NCBI GenBank assembly: GCA_012026655.1
Contig: JAAILG010000790.1
Location: 1 to 64,000 of the forward strand
Length of the DNA stretch: 64,000 bases
From: Hydrolagus affinis
Taxonomy: Eukaryota
Direction: 5' to 3'
Numbering within the stretch: position 1 is the first letter of the stretch; every line of letters begins with the position of its first letter. The position numbers were made by a program, and so were the translations under genes. The notes below the pieces were generated by a model. The model did no database searches and was not told where the DNA came from. It worked only from the letters and a program-made list of their open reading frames with translations. This document shows positions 63,308 to 64,000 of the stretch, piece by piece.

Positions 63308-63832
63308 GGGCGAAACTTGGGCAAGTTTCCTTACTCCACATCTAATCATAATCCCTCCCCCAAAAAATTGGTCACTCAATCCACAAAACTGCGGGACAGT
63401 GCTGTGCGCAATTGGCTGCTGTGTTTCGCCCACAGATATACAGTCAATTCACTTTACAGCATAGTTTGTGAAGTGCTGTCTAGAACAGCTGTTCTCAACC
63501 AGGGATACAAAATTACTTCCAGGGGGTACAGGTGGCGGTACATTGATTTCTTGAGCTCTCTTATTTAGCGTTTTATAGCCTTCCAAACTGTATATTTAAT
63601 TGTTATTCCCCTCGTTTTGTATGTGCTAGTTATATTGTTGTACTGTATAAGAAAAGCTTGGTCATAAAACGCAAGTGGAATGAGGGGGATGGTGTGTGTG
63701 TGTATGTACATGGTTGGATGGGGGTACACAATAATGTTGAAAATTAACAAGGGGTACATTACTGAAAAAGGTTGAGAACCACTGGTCCAGAAGACGTGAA
63801 CAGCTCTGTATCAAAATGCAAATATTATTATT
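63308..63832 (+). mobile_element. 5'-truncated tRNA-SINE interrupted by a hAT MITE
   Basis: Body at 63308-63485; tail resumes at 63785-63832 (GAAGACGTGAA...GCAAATATTATT). Confidence 0.85.
63486..63784. mobile_element. hAT-Charlie-like MITE, 299 bp
   Basis: TIRs CAGCTGTTCTCAACC / GGTTGAGAACCACTG; 8-bp TSD GTCTAGAA / GTCCAGAA fitting the Charlie NTCTAGAN target; internal GGGGTACA repeats. Confidence 0.88.
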
Positions 63833-64000
63833 TAACACATTCTAACTGATATAAATGTGTGTTGAATACACGTTTCACACCATTGTTGGGTTGTGCATGG
63901 CAACCTAAGGCTTTGTATCCTACTTTGAACACTCAGTGACAGATTGACGTTTTCAGGGGCAGTTTTAGAAACATTGACTTCATAAAGTTTTCTTTCATTC

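Overview
Vertebrate genomic DNA, AT-rich and repeat-rich. The dominant tRNA-derived SINE with an L2-type tail, plus Deu-domain SINEs and L2/CR1 relics, suggests a cartilaginous fish, probably the elephant shark Callorhinchus milii (inference from recalled repeat families, not a search). Two complete, convergent, spliced genes can be assembled by hand. GAS2 (+ strand) has 7 coding exons at 6230-47641, a 966-nt CDS and 321 aa (CH + GAR domains). SVIP (- strand) has 4 coding exons at 61119-57132 and 83 aa (myristoylation site + VIM motif), with a CpG-island promoter. This is the same GAS2-SVIP tail-to-tail synteny as human 11p14. All coding introns are GT-AG and phases are consistent. Nearly all other entries in the ORF track are spurious. 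I found no convincing wholly new biological system. The most notable observations are two DNA-transposon MITEs (Tc1/mariner-pogo-like with TA TSD; hAT-Charlie-like with 8-bp TSD) nested in SINEs upstream of SVIP, inverted SINE pairs flanking GAS2 exons, a SINE-tail-derived minisatellite, a 10-Gly tract in SVIP, a 10-aa GAS2 C-terminal extension and possibly overlapping 3' UTRs. Repeat boundaries are approximate; exon boundaries were read base by base.
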